Shown piece by piece: positions 20,345 to 29,133 of a DNA stretch of 64,000 nucleotides. The translations under genes and the position numbers were made by a program. The notes beneath the pieces were generated by a model. That model was given only the letters and a program-made list of their open reading frames with translations. It ran no database searches and had not been told where the DNA came from. The first letter of the stretch is position 1; each line of letters opens with the position of its first letter. Source of the DNA: an uncultured bacterium (GTDB taxonomy: Bacteria > Bacteroidota > Bacteroidia > NS11-12g > UBA9320); the NCBI GenBank assembly GCA_963991985.1, contig CAXDRX010000006.1, forward strand, positions 7,499 through 71,498, read 5' to 3'.

Positions 20345-20995
20345 TTATTTTCCTTTCATAGCAGATAGCATACCTCCGTAAACATCATTTAGGTTTTGGA
20401 TGTTTGCATCGAATGCAGCCAGACTATTGTTTACATTTTCCAGATTGCTAGAAGATGCTTTAAAGGCCTCAGCAGTTTCTGAAAATGCACTGGTTGATGT
20501 CGCCAATGACTCTAGCGCTTCGATTGCCCTTCCATAAGATGTATTCATGTCATTTAGTTTGGCATTTGCATTTTGTACATTCACGGCATATTCTTCCGTT
20601 GCTACACTAGCACTTGACAAATCTGCCATATGTTCAACATTTTCGGAGAGTTTATTTAATCCTGTTCCCAAACTAGCAATTACTTCAGGACCAACATTGG
20701 CTTCTGACAACATGTCGTCTAATTGTTGAGAGACTGTTCCTGAGGAACCACTGCCTTCACCCTTTGACAATTCAGGATAAACCAAAGACCAATCCCACTC
20801 GTGCCCCAAGGGTTCAAAAGCAGAGATTGCGAAAATAAGCGCTTCAACACCCATACCTACCATGAGCATGAAATTGGCGCCTTCTAAATGTAGAATTTTG
20901 AACAAGGCACCGATAATTACAACGGATGCCCCTAAACCATAGGCCATAGCCATTAACTTTTTGAATCCTTTGGTTTCTAAAAAACTGTTTGCCAT
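20345..20995 (-). CDS. gldL: Gliding motility / T9SS protein GldL (PorL)
   Basis: The two N-terminal TM helices (AYGLGASVVIIGALFKILHLEG ... EALIFAISAFEP) match the conserved GldL core. 216 aa. Confidence 0.9.
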   Translation of the reverse strand: MANSFLETKGFKKLMAMAYGLGASVVIIGALFKILHLEGANFMLMVGMGVEALIFAISAFEPLGHEWDWSLVYPELSKGEGSGSSGTVSQQLDDMLSEANVGPEVIASLGTGLNKLSENVEHMADLSSASVATEEYAVNVQNANAKLNDMNTSYGRAIEALESLATSTSAFSETAEAFKASSSNLENVNNSLAAFDANIQNLNDVYGGMLSAMKGK

Positions 20996-21028
20996 AATGT
21001 TATGTATTTTGTTAAATTTTTGACGTTT

Positions 21029-22354
21029 TTATTCTCTGTCGTTTCTTGAACGACCCAAGTAACTCTGCACTGTTCTAAACCCTACGTAAGATTTTGTAGT
21101 ATCTTGATATTCATATGATCTTTGGCCACATTGAATGAATGCGGCAATATCCTTCCAAGACCCACCCCGGATAACTTTTCTGCTTAAGGTTAGATAGTTT
21201 GTTCCATCTTTATCTGGACGAGCATCGTATCTGTAATCGGGATTAAAATCTGTCGTAAAAGAGTGAGATGTTTCGGTGAAAGAGTTGGCCGTCCATTCTG
21301 AGACATTCCCGGCCATGTTGTACAAACCATAATCGTTTGGAAAATATTTGTCTGCCCGAACTGGATAAAAAGCGCCATCGTCGATTAAATTTCCACGATT
21401 GGGCTTGAAATTTGCCAAAAAGCACCCTTTTGCATTTCTTGTGTAAGGGCCTCCCCAAGGATACATGTTGTTGTCTCTTCCACCTCGAGCAGCATATTCC
21501 CACTCATATTCCGTAGGTAGTCTAAAATCTTCCGTCCTTGGCGCACCAATTCTGTCCCAATATTGTTGCTTCCATCTGGTTCTCCAATTGCAAAAAGCGT
21601 TGGCTTGATGCCAATTTACCCCTACAACAGGATAGTCATCAAATTTTGGATGATGAAAGTAATTTCGCGTCATGGGTTCATTATAGGAATAAGCAAAGTC
21701 TCTTACCCAACAAAGAGTATCGGGGTAAACAGCGACGTCTTCCTTACGGATAATTCGTTTGAAATCTTTTTGTCGTGTTACCTTTTTGTTTTTGGCTACG
21801 TTGTAGTCTATCCACTCATAGTGATAAACAAGTTTACCTGTATTTATTTCTTTATTTCCTCTTCTAAACCTTAGGTTGGCGGGAAGATACATTGCCTCTA
21901 AATCTTCTGCAGACTCTTCCCAGTCCAAATCCTCATCCCAATCAATGCGCAGAACACCTTCTTCGTCTTCCACAACATATGGTTCCATGAGCATGTAACG
22001 AGCGATTGAATCCCTTGTGTAATTTACAAATTGGCGGTACTCATTATTGGTAATCTCCGTATCGTCCATCCAAAAAGCAACAATAGAAACTTGCTTGTTG
22101 GGCGTTATGAAAGAGTTAAAAATATCCTCATCACTTTGGCCAGTGTGAAATGTACCCGTAGGGATATAAACCATTCCAAGAGGCTCTGGATGAAACCATG
22201 GGGCTCGACCTTGGACACCAGTTAGTTCTCCGGTACCTCTATTCAATCCGCAACCCGCAAAACTGATGGCAAGCATACCGAAAATAATTGCTTTAAATAT
22301 CTTGAATTTTGGCAGCATTTTTATTTTGAGATTTACAATATTACGCTTTTGCAC
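21029..22354 (-). CDS. gldK: Gliding motility / T9SS lipoprotein GldK (PorK; FGE-sulfatase-fold)
   Basis: Lipoprotein signal (FAGC). The formylglycine-generating-enzyme-like fold with a WVRGGSW-type C-terminal motif is typical of GldK/PorK. 441 aa. Confidence 0.9.
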   Translation of the reverse strand: MQKRNIVNLKIKMLPKFKIFKAIIFGMLAISFAGCGLNRGTGELTGVQGRAPWFHPEPLGMVYIPTGTFHTGQSDEDIFNSFITPNKQVSIVAFWMDDTEITNNEYRQFVNYTRDSIARYMLMEPYVVEDEEGVLRIDWDEDLDWEESAEDLEAMYLPANLRFRRGNKEINTGKLVYHYEWIDYNVAKNKKVTRQKDFKRIIRKEDVAVYPDTLCWVRDFAYSYNEPMTRNYFHHPKFDDYPVVGVNWHQANAFCNWRTRWKQQYWDRIGAPRTEDFRLPTEYEWEYAARGGRDNNMYPWGGPYTRNAKGCFLANFKPNRGNLIDDGAFYPVRADKYFPNDYGLYNMAGNVSEWTANSFTETSHSFTTDFNPDYRYDARPDKDGTNYLTLSRKVIRGGSWKDIAAFIQCGQRSYEYQDTTKSYVGFRTVQSYLGRSRNDRE

Positions 22355-22414
22355 GATTATTATCTATTTTTTTATCCCTTGTATAACGTTCTTTTTTTTT
22401 ATGTAGTATCAGAA

Positions 22415-23518
22415 TTACAAAAATCTTGGACTCAGCTTGTAGTCTTTGGTTTGGGTAAATTCGGTTTGCAATTGAAAACAATATTTGACCATGAGCTCAT
22501 GGGTTCCATCACTTACTTGAGTAACTCTACTCAATGTTTTATCGAAAGAATATCCCAATTGTAGTTGGTCTTTCACATAACCCAATTTAAAAGTAAGAGC
22601 ATCTGCAGTACCCCACTGTCTGTAGCCTATTCCTCCTCTAAATGTTCCGTTGTAGAGAACCGTTGCCGCCAGATCTACTTGCGGACGAGCTCGGTTTTTT
22701 ATGAGCACGGCAGGTTCGAGGACATAAGTACCTCCTCCAAGAGGAATATCCACTCCAGCAAGTAAATACCAATGCATCACAAATTGAAATTGCTCTGCAC
22801 GAGAATTGCCATCTTCATAATCTAAAATGAGATCATAGGTTTGTTGAGTTAAGTGAGTGATTGAAAATCCAGTATAAAAATCTTGGCCAAAAGAACCCAA
22901 AGTTTTTTGGCGATAGTACACACCCCCTCCCAAATCCAATTTGCCCTGACTTCCTCCTGATCGAGGAATCCTTGAATCGTTGGGGTCTCGAAAACGATAA
23001 TTAGGGTTGTTGTAGCCAAACTGATTCATCCCAACCTCAAGGCCGAATGACAAAGAGGAAAATCCGCCCTGTAATTCTTTTTGGTAGTTGGCTTGCGCTT
23101 TAAAACCAGTATTTTGAAGGAAACTCACCTTATCATCTGAAAGAAGCACGCCCAGACCAAGATAGTCTCCATTGTTCAAACGAAATGGATATCCCAAATT
23201 TATATTTACTGTTTCTGGCGCAACATTTTCAACGGCCGTACCTTGCTGCCCATTGTCGCCTCTTTCTGGTGTTAAATCACTAAAATTGAGCCACTGTCTA
23301 TGGTAAATTCCATTGACACAGATATAATCATGTTTCTCTCCTGCGGCTGCAGGGTTGTATGCCTGCCGATTAAAATTAAAATGAGAATAGTAAGGATCCA
23401 TTTGTGCAGACGCCATGAAAGGACTTACCAAACTTATGAATAAAAGCAGGATGTAAAGTTTATGATTCGATCTCATGGATATATTCTTACTTCGATAATC
23501 TTCTCGAAAGATGGTCAA
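22415..23518 (-). CDS. porP: PorP/SprF-family T9SS outer-membrane protein
   Basis: The N-terminal mature-end motif AQMDPYYSHFNFNRQAYNPAAAG is the PorP/SprF signature. A beta-barrel follows. It lies immediately upstream of gldK as in P. gingivalis porPKLMN. The likely start is the internal Met at 23476. Confidence 0.85.
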   Translation of the reverse strand: MTIFREDYRSKNISMRSNHKLYILLLFISLVSPFMASAQMDPYYSHFNFNRQAYNPAAAGEKHDYICVNGIYHRQWLNFSDLTPERGDNGQQGTAVENVAPETVNINLGYPFRLNNGDYLGLGVLLSDDKVSFLQNTGFKAQANYQKELQGGFSSLSFGLEVGMNQFGYNNPNYRFRDPNDSRIPRSGGSQGKLDLGGGVYYRQKTLGSFGQDFYTGFSITHLTQQTYDLILDYEDGNSRAEQFQFVMHWYLLAGVDIPLGGGTYVLEPAVLIKNRARPQVDLAATVLYNGTFRGGIGYRQWGTADALTFKLGYVKDQLQLGYSFDKTLSRVTQVSDGTHELMVKYCFQLQTEFTQTKDYKLSPRFL

Positions 23519-23566
23519 ATTTCGCGATAAAAGTTAAAATATCCAATTTTTGAATATTTCCCTCGC

Positions 23567-26044
23567 TCACCATTTCATAAAAATTCTAAAATTCAATCTT
23601 CTACTTGTGAGATAATTGGGAACTCCATAGGTTCTATTTTGGATGTCCTTTACCCATATATAACTGATGGTATTATTAAAATCAAGCAAATTGAACAATT
23701 CAAGACTCATCCAAATTTTGTTGATGTTTTGGAATTTTGTTTTGGACAATTTTTCCATGTTCACTTCTTTGCTCATCCCCATATCTACTCTTCTATACGC
23801 AGGAATTTTGATCTTGTCTTGGTAGCGATTGGTGCCCGAAAAGAAATAGGGAAGATTGGAACCATAGCTGAGGTTCATGTGAAGTTTAAAATTTTTGTTT
23901 TTCTTCAACTCATCTTGAAAAAGTAGGGAAAAATTGATTCTTTGGTCGGTGGGTCTTCTCAATAGATCACTGGTTGTTTTTTGGCCATTTTTTTGATACG
24001 TAATTTTTTCTTGTGTTTTCATTAGGCCCAAGCTAAACCAACTTTCTAATTCTGGAATGAATTGCCCATTTACTCGGGCGTCAATCCCCGCGGCATATCC
24101 AGAGGAGCTTTGGTCAGACAAATAACGAATTCTGACATTGTCGATTAGATAGGGAATCATATTGTTTAGCTGTTTGAAATACGCCTCACCGAAGAATTTA
24201 AATCTCCTCCCCCATAAGGTGAAATTTCGATCACCACCCGCCACATAATGAATAGACTGCTGTGCTTTGACATCGGTACTCAACAGGCCATTCAAATTCC
24301 TCATTTCTCGGTAAAATGGAGACTGATAATACATTCCAAAGGCAAATTTCAAAACCCAATCTTGCTTGAACAGGCTATCGTATTTTTCTGCTCCAAAATT
24401 TTTCTTGATGTATTCATTGTATGCTTTGTTGGGTTCAAAAGAAAAGTTAATCCGAGGTGAAACAAAAAATTGCTGGTTGAGCTCCCAAAAATGTCCACGT
24501 AAGCCATAATCTAAATTTGCATTTTTGTTTCTATTCATGTTCCACTGGTGTTGAATAAATCCTGTGGCTCTAAAACTCTTCAAATTGTTGTTGGATTTTA
24601 GATACTCATTCATTTGAATTTTTCGGCCATTGGTTTTGCTTACGTTGTATCCAGAACTATCCTGGTAACGCCACTCTTTCAGCTCGTCTTTTATTTTTTC
24701 TTGTTGTATTTTCCCTCCCCAAAGAATTTGGTGATTTACATTGGGCATCCATTTGTTGCGAAAACCAATGTTGCTGACCAAGGCATTTAGCTGATTTCTT
24801 CCGTGGTCTATGAAATAGCCTATTCCCAAAGTATAAGCAGAATTGCCAAAATTGTCAGAACCCAAATTATTCTCCAACTGATCCAACCGATAAGCTCCTT
24901 CAACGGTAAAATATTCTACTTCTGTTGCGGTATATTGAGATGTAAATAGATTCGTTTTTACCTTGTCTGTCCATTTTATATCTAAACTTAGGCCATTAAA
25001 GAATGTCTGATATTGCAACTTTTCCTGTCCCCCAAAAGCAACGAATAACCTAAGCGCTTGATTAAAGGTGCCAAAGCTTGTTTCTTGGGACTGCGGGAGC
25101 AATAAAAATCGATTGTTGGCATAATTTGAAAGCCAATTGACTATTGCTTTTTTATGAATTCGGTAAGATGTGAACAATTGAAAATCAATAAATCTGGGCG
25201 CATAGCTTCCCTGAACATCCAATGAATTTAACAAATATTGATTGGTTCTAAAACGAAAACCACCCAACATCGAAAGACGATTATTTTTGGATAAATATCC
25301 TGAAAAAAGATTGGCACCTAAGAGACTAATTTCCGCTCCCAACAGATTCTTTTTTGGTTTTTTGTATTGAATATCCAAGACTGATGAAAGTTTGTCCCCA
25401 TAATTTGCCGAGAAACCTCCCGCAGAAAACTTTATGTTTTCAACCAAATCGGTGTTGATAAAACTCATCCCCTCCTGCTGGCCTGAACGAATCAGCTGGG
25501 GTCGATAAATTTCAAAACCATTCACGTAAACAAGGTTTTCATCAAAATTACCTCCTCTCACACTGAGTGCAGAAGAAAGTTCATTCCCCGACGAAACGCC
25601 TGGAAGTGTTTTTATAAAGGATTCGATTGAATTGCTTGGGTTTGGAAATTTTTGTAAGTCTTTTGGTTTAAGAATAAAAACACTAGGGGATTTCCTATAT
25701 TTTTCAGCCACGATATTGACTTGAGAAATATCTGAAGCCAAATTAAGGGTGCATTTATAATCCCAAATGCTTTTGTCTTTGAGTGGAGGCACCTCAACTT
25801 CCATTTCTTTATTCAAAAATGAAATTCTAATGAGGGTTGCTTTGTTTGGAACAATATTTAGAATAAAAAAACCCTTGTTGTCGGTACTTGTAAAATTGTT
25901 TCGACTTTCCAAAACGTCGGCGAACTCTAAGGGTTTGCCAAATTCATCGTAAACATAACCCTGAACCACGGCCTGACCCCAATTTTTTTGGAGAAAGCAG
26001 AAAACCATCAAAAGCAATAAATACCCTCTACTCACTCGCTCCAA
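23567..26044 (-). CDS. TonB-dependent receptor-like outer-membrane protein with N-terminal carboxypeptidase-regulatory-like domain
   Basis: Signal peptide, a CarboxypepD_reg-like beta-sandwich, plug-like motifs (ALSVRGG, GGFSANYGDKLSSVLDI), a long beta-barrel and a terminal aromatic residue (W). Confidence 0.7.
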   Translation of the reverse strand: MERVSRGYLLLLMVFCFLQKNWGQAVVQGYVYDEFGKPLEFADVLESRNNFTSTDNKGFFILNIVPNKATLIRISFLNKEMEVEVPPLKDKSIWDYKCTLNLASDISQVNIVAEKYRKSPSVFILKPKDLQKFPNPSNSIESFIKTLPGVSSGNELSSALSVRGGNFDENLVYVNGFEIYRPQLIRSGQQEGMSFINTDLVENIKFSAGGFSANYGDKLSSVLDIQYKKPKKNLLGAEISLLGANLFSGYLSKNNRLSMLGGFRFRTNQYLLNSLDVQGSYAPRFIDFQLFTSYRIHKKAIVNWLSNYANNRFLLLPQSQETSFGTFNQALRLFVAFGGQEKLQYQTFFNGLSLDIKWTDKVKTNLFTSQYTATEVEYFTVEGAYRLDQLENNLGSDNFGNSAYTLGIGYFIDHGRNQLNALVSNIGFRNKWMPNVNHQILWGGKIQQEKIKDELKEWRYQDSSGYNVSKTNGRKIQMNEYLKSNNNLKSFRATGFIQHQWNMNRNKNANLDYGLRGHFWELNQQFFVSPRINFSFEPNKAYNEYIKKNFGAEKYDSLFKQDWVLKFAFGMYYQSPFYREMRNLNGLLSTDVKAQQSIHYVAGGDRNFTLWGRRFKFFGEAYFKQLNNMIPYLIDNVRIRYLSDQSSSGYAAGIDARVNGQFIPELESWFSLGLMKTQEKITYQKNGQKTTSDLLRRPTDQRINFSLLFQDELKKNKNFKLHMNLSYGSNLPYFFSGTNRYQDKIKIPAYRRVDMGMSKEVNMEKLSKTKFQNINKIWMSLELFNLLDFNNTISYIWVKDIQNRTYGVPNYLTSRRLNFRIFMKW

Positions 26045-26055
26045 AACGTAAATCT

Positions 26056-26703
26056 CTAAGGTTTAGTATTTCGTATTTCCGCAATGGCCTTTTGGGGATT
26101 TTTTGCTTTAAAAACGGCACTACCCGCCACCAAAATATCTGCACCCATCTCATAAAGATACTTTGCATTTTTGGTTGTCACTCCACCATCTATTTCAATT
26201 TTGAAATTTAATTTTTTTTGCTTTCTCAAGTGCGCCAATTGTTGAATTTTATCAATCGTTTCAGGAATGAATTCTTGTCCTCCAAACCCAGGATTCACAC
26301 CCATCAAGCAAATCAAGTCTACATTTTCTAAAATACCCAAAATACTAGCAATGGAAGTATGTGGATTGATGGCCAAGCCTCTTTTGATATCAAAAGATTT
26401 TATGTGTTGCAGCGTTCGGTGCAAGTGAATACATGTCTCAAAATGTACGCTAATCACTTCAGGCTTAAACTTGGCAAAGCCTTCGATATAAAAATCAGGA
26501 TTTGTTATCATGAGGTGGATATCCAATGGTTTACTCACCCTATCTTTGAGCGCCTCAAGAACAGGAAACCCAAAGGAGATATTGGGTACAAAATGGCCAT
26601 CCATCACATCAATGTGGTACCAGTCCGCATCGCTTTGCTCTACCATATCAACTGCTTTGTGTAGATGGAGAAAATCTGCGGAGAGTAAAGAGGGAGCGAT
26701 CAT
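26056..26703 (-). CDS. rpe: Ribulose-phosphate 3-epimerase
   Basis: MIAPSLLSADF...HIDVMDGHFVPN... is the canonical Rpe sequence. 215 aa. Confidence 0.9.
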   Translation of the reverse strand: MIAPSLLSADFLHLHKAVDMVEQSDADWYHIDVMDGHFVPNISFGFPVLEALKDRVSKPLDIHLMITNPDFYIEGFAKFKPEVISVHFETCIHLHRTLQHIKSFDIKRGLAINPHTSIASILGILENVDLICLMGVNPGFGGQEFIPETIDKIQQLAHLRKQKKLNFKIEIDGGVTTKNAKYLYEMGADILVAGSAVFKAKNPQKAIAEIRNTKP

Positions 26704-26704
26704 A

Positions 26705-26989
26705 CTATTTAATAATTATTTTTTGAATGACCGGCCTCTGGATGTATTGATTGATTTTTTCGATCAACTGTTTTCTCATAAAAACCATCTCATTTTTGAG
26801 TGGAGCAGAATCAATTTCAACAAACATAAAAGAACCTTTAAACTCAATATGGGATGTGTTTTTTGCGATAATGGGACCCACTATTTTATGCCAATCAGAC
26901 TTTATTTTGGTGGTATAAAGTTTATTCTCCAGTCCATACATTTTCGTAAAATTTTTGAGAACAGAGCTAATTGGAGATTCTTCGGCCAT
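26705..26989 (-). CDS. DUF721-family small protein (recF-associated)
   Basis: 94 aa, sitting immediately downstream of recF, which is the conserved DUF721 neighbourhood. The assignment rests on size and context. Confidence 0.5.
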   Translation of the reverse strand: MAEESPISSVLKNFTKMYGLENKLYTTKIKSDWHKIVGPIIAKNTSHIEFKGSFMFVEIDSAPLKNEMVFMRKQLIEKINQYIQRPVIQKIIIK

Positions 26990-26997
26990 GGTTCAAA

Positions 26998-28059
26998 TTA
27001 CAGTTGAATACAGTTATTATGCAAGTTCAATTCTTCAAAAATTGAATTTAAGGTGGATGCTCGGGTGTCTGAAATGATGATTTGCGCATCTTTAATTTTT
27101 GATAAAAAATGAATGAAATTTCGGAGTCTCTCCAGATCCAATCTGTCATTCATATCGTCAATCAACAAAACAGGAGTTTGTTTGGTCTTTTTTTCAAACC
27201 ACTGAAATACTGCACACTTAAGGGCCACAACAAAATTCTTGATTTGACCTTGCGAGGCGTGACTTTTTGTATTCATCCCCAAAGTGAGGAATTTTAAATC
27301 GTCTTTGTGAATGCCCATTAAAGTTCTTTTTCCCAAAATATCTGCGCTTCGATTGCTCATAAATTCATGTTCAAAATCGTCTTCCAGGACTCTTGTTTCG
27401 TAATAAATATCTACCTTTTCATGCACACCTGCTATTTCTTGATAATTGGCCTGAAATAAGGGCAATATTTCTTGAATAAAAATCGATCTGAATTGGGCAA
27501 TATTTTTTGCCAATGCGATCAATTCGGTATCGTAAATATCCAAGAGATAAGTGTCTGGCTTGTGTGAATATAGATTCTTTAGATATCTGTTTCTCTGTGC
27601 CAATATTTTATGATATCTCACCAAATCGATTAAAAAATCCTTGCTCACAAGGGCTATGTTTCGATCCATAAACTTTCGACGAATTTCGCCCAGACCCTCA
27701 ACTAAATTGAGGTCATTGGGCGCTACCCAAACAACATAAAACTGACCATAATAATCACTTATTTTCGAAATTTTATCTTCGTTCAAAAAAAACTGCTTTT
27801 TCCCTTTTTGGAAGGCGACTTTTGCTCTTGAATGATGAACATCTCCTTCTAGCGTAAAGTAGTCGGATGAAATATTTACCATACTTTTTTCAGAAGACGT
27901 CAAAAAACTTTTGGAAAGCATCAAATAAGCGACCGCTTCTAAAAGACTTGTTTTGCCTGCCCCATTGTTGCCAACCACCACATTAAATCCCTCTTTAAAT
28001 GCGAACTCTTTGGCCTTGTGGTTTCTAAAATTTTGTATCTTTAAGTTATGGATTTTCAA
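26998..28059 (-). CDS. recF: DNA replication and repair protein RecF
   Basis: N-terminal Walker A GNNGAGKTSLLEAV, a C-terminal SMC-like signature and Walker B. 353 aa. Confidence 0.9.
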   Translation of the reverse strand: MKIHNLKIQNFRNHKAKEFAFKEGFNVVVGNNGAGKTSLLEAVAYLMLSKSFLTSSEKSMVNISSDYFTLEGDVHHSRAKVAFQKGKKQFFLNEDKISKISDYYGQFYVVWVAPNDLNLVEGLGEIRRKFMDRNIALVSKDFLIDLVRYHKILAQRNRYLKNLYSHKPDTYLLDIYDTELIALAKNIAQFRSIFIQEILPLFQANYQEIAGVHEKVDIYYETRVLEDDFEHEFMSNRSADILGKRTLMGIHKDDLKFLTLGMNTKSHASQGQIKNFVVALKCAVFQWFEKKTKQTPVLLIDDMNDRLDLERLRNFIHFLSKIKDAQIIISDTRASTLNSIFEELNLHNNCIQL

Positions 28060-28083
28060 TCCTAATTTATCGGTTAAAAATAA

Positions 28084-28091
28084 TACTTTTG
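28084..28091 (+). promoter_or_regulatory. -7 promoter element (TActTTTG) upstream of pdhA
   Basis: Matches TAnnTTTG. It ends 9 nt before the pdhA ATG, which implies a leaderless or very short-leader mRNA. Confidence 0.4.
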
Positions 28092-28099
28092 TCTTTCCA

Positions 28100-29089
28100 A
28101 TGGCAAAGGTAAGTCATAGCAAAGCAACCTACTTAGAGTGGTATCGTTTGATGGTTCTGATCAGAAAATTTGAGCTCAAATCGGCGCAAATGTATGGTCA
28201 ACAAAAAATTAGAGGATTTCTGCACTTATACAGTGGTCAAGAAGCAGTCATTGCTGGCACAATGAGTGCTATCGAGAAAAGTGACAAACTAATCACAGCT
28301 TATCGAGATCACGGCCACGCTTTGGCTGTTGGCGTTTCAGCAAATGAATGTATGGCAGAGTTGTATGGCAAATCAACTGGTTGTACCAAAGGAAAAGGCG
28401 GTAGTATGCACTTTTTTGCCGCTGACAAAAATTATTTTGGTGGACATGGAATTGTGGGAGGCCAAATTCCACTTGGGGCAGGTATTGCTATGGCAGATAA
28501 ATATCAAAACAACAAATCGGTAACTTTTTGCTTCATGGGAGATGGAGCAGTAAGACAGGGTGCTTTGCATGAGACTTTCAACATGGCAATGCTTTGGAAA
28601 TTACCTGTTGTTTTTGTGATTGAAAACAATCAATACGCAATGGGGACATCTGTGGAAAGGACAACAAATGTTTTGGACTTATATAAGATTGGAAGTGCGT
28701 ATGAGATGCCTGCAGAGGCTGTGGATGGAATGGACTGTGAAGCGGTGCATGCTTCTATATCCAAGGCTGCCAAGCGTGCAAGAGAAGGAAATGGGCCTAG
28801 CTTGTTGGAAATGAAAACTTACAGATATCGTGGGCATTCGATGAGCGACCCAGGAAATTACCGAAGTAAAGATGAGTTGAAATCTTTCCAAGAAGAAGAC
28901 CCCATTGGAAAAACAAAAATGCGCATGCTCCAGAAAAAATTTGCGACAGAGAAAGAAATTACGGCCATTGAGTCCGCACAAGAAAAAATTGTTGAAGAAT
29001 CTGTACTTTTTGCAGAAAATTCTCCATTTCCAAGCGCAGACGAATTGCATAAAGATGTTTACATTGGAGACTATCCTTTCATAAAATAA
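28100..29089 (+). CDS. pdhA: Pyruvate dehydrogenase E1 component alpha subunit
   Basis: TPP-binding motif GDGA...N and strong similarity to E1-alpha (YRYRGHSMSDPG). The internal Met at 28100 is preferred, because the upstream 49 codons overlap recF antisense. Confidence 0.85.
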   Translation: MAKVSHSKATYLEWYRLMVLIRKFELKSAQMYGQQKIRGFLHLYSGQEAVIAGTMSAIEKSDKLITAYRDHGHALAVGVSANECMAELYGKSTGCTKGKGGSMHFFAADKNYFGGHGIVGGQIPLGAGIAMADKYQNNKSVTFCFMGDGAVRQGALHETFNMAMLWKLPVVFVIENNQYAMGTSVERTTNVLDLYKIGSAYEMPAEAVDGMDCEAVHASISKAAKRAREGNGPSLLEMKTYRYRGHSMSDPGNYRSKDELKSFQEEDPIGKTKMRMLQKKFATEKEITAIESAQEKIVEESVLFAENSPFPSADELHKDVYIGDYPFIK

Positions 29090-29133
29090 TCATCAAAAAA
29101 AAGATAGCCATAATTGGATCAGGTGTTGCCGGA

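Noticed and set aside
27953-28099. Upstream 49 codons of the pdhA ORF
   Set aside because: They overlap recF antisense and have no E1-alpha homology. The internal Met at 28100, preceded by a -7 box, is the real start.
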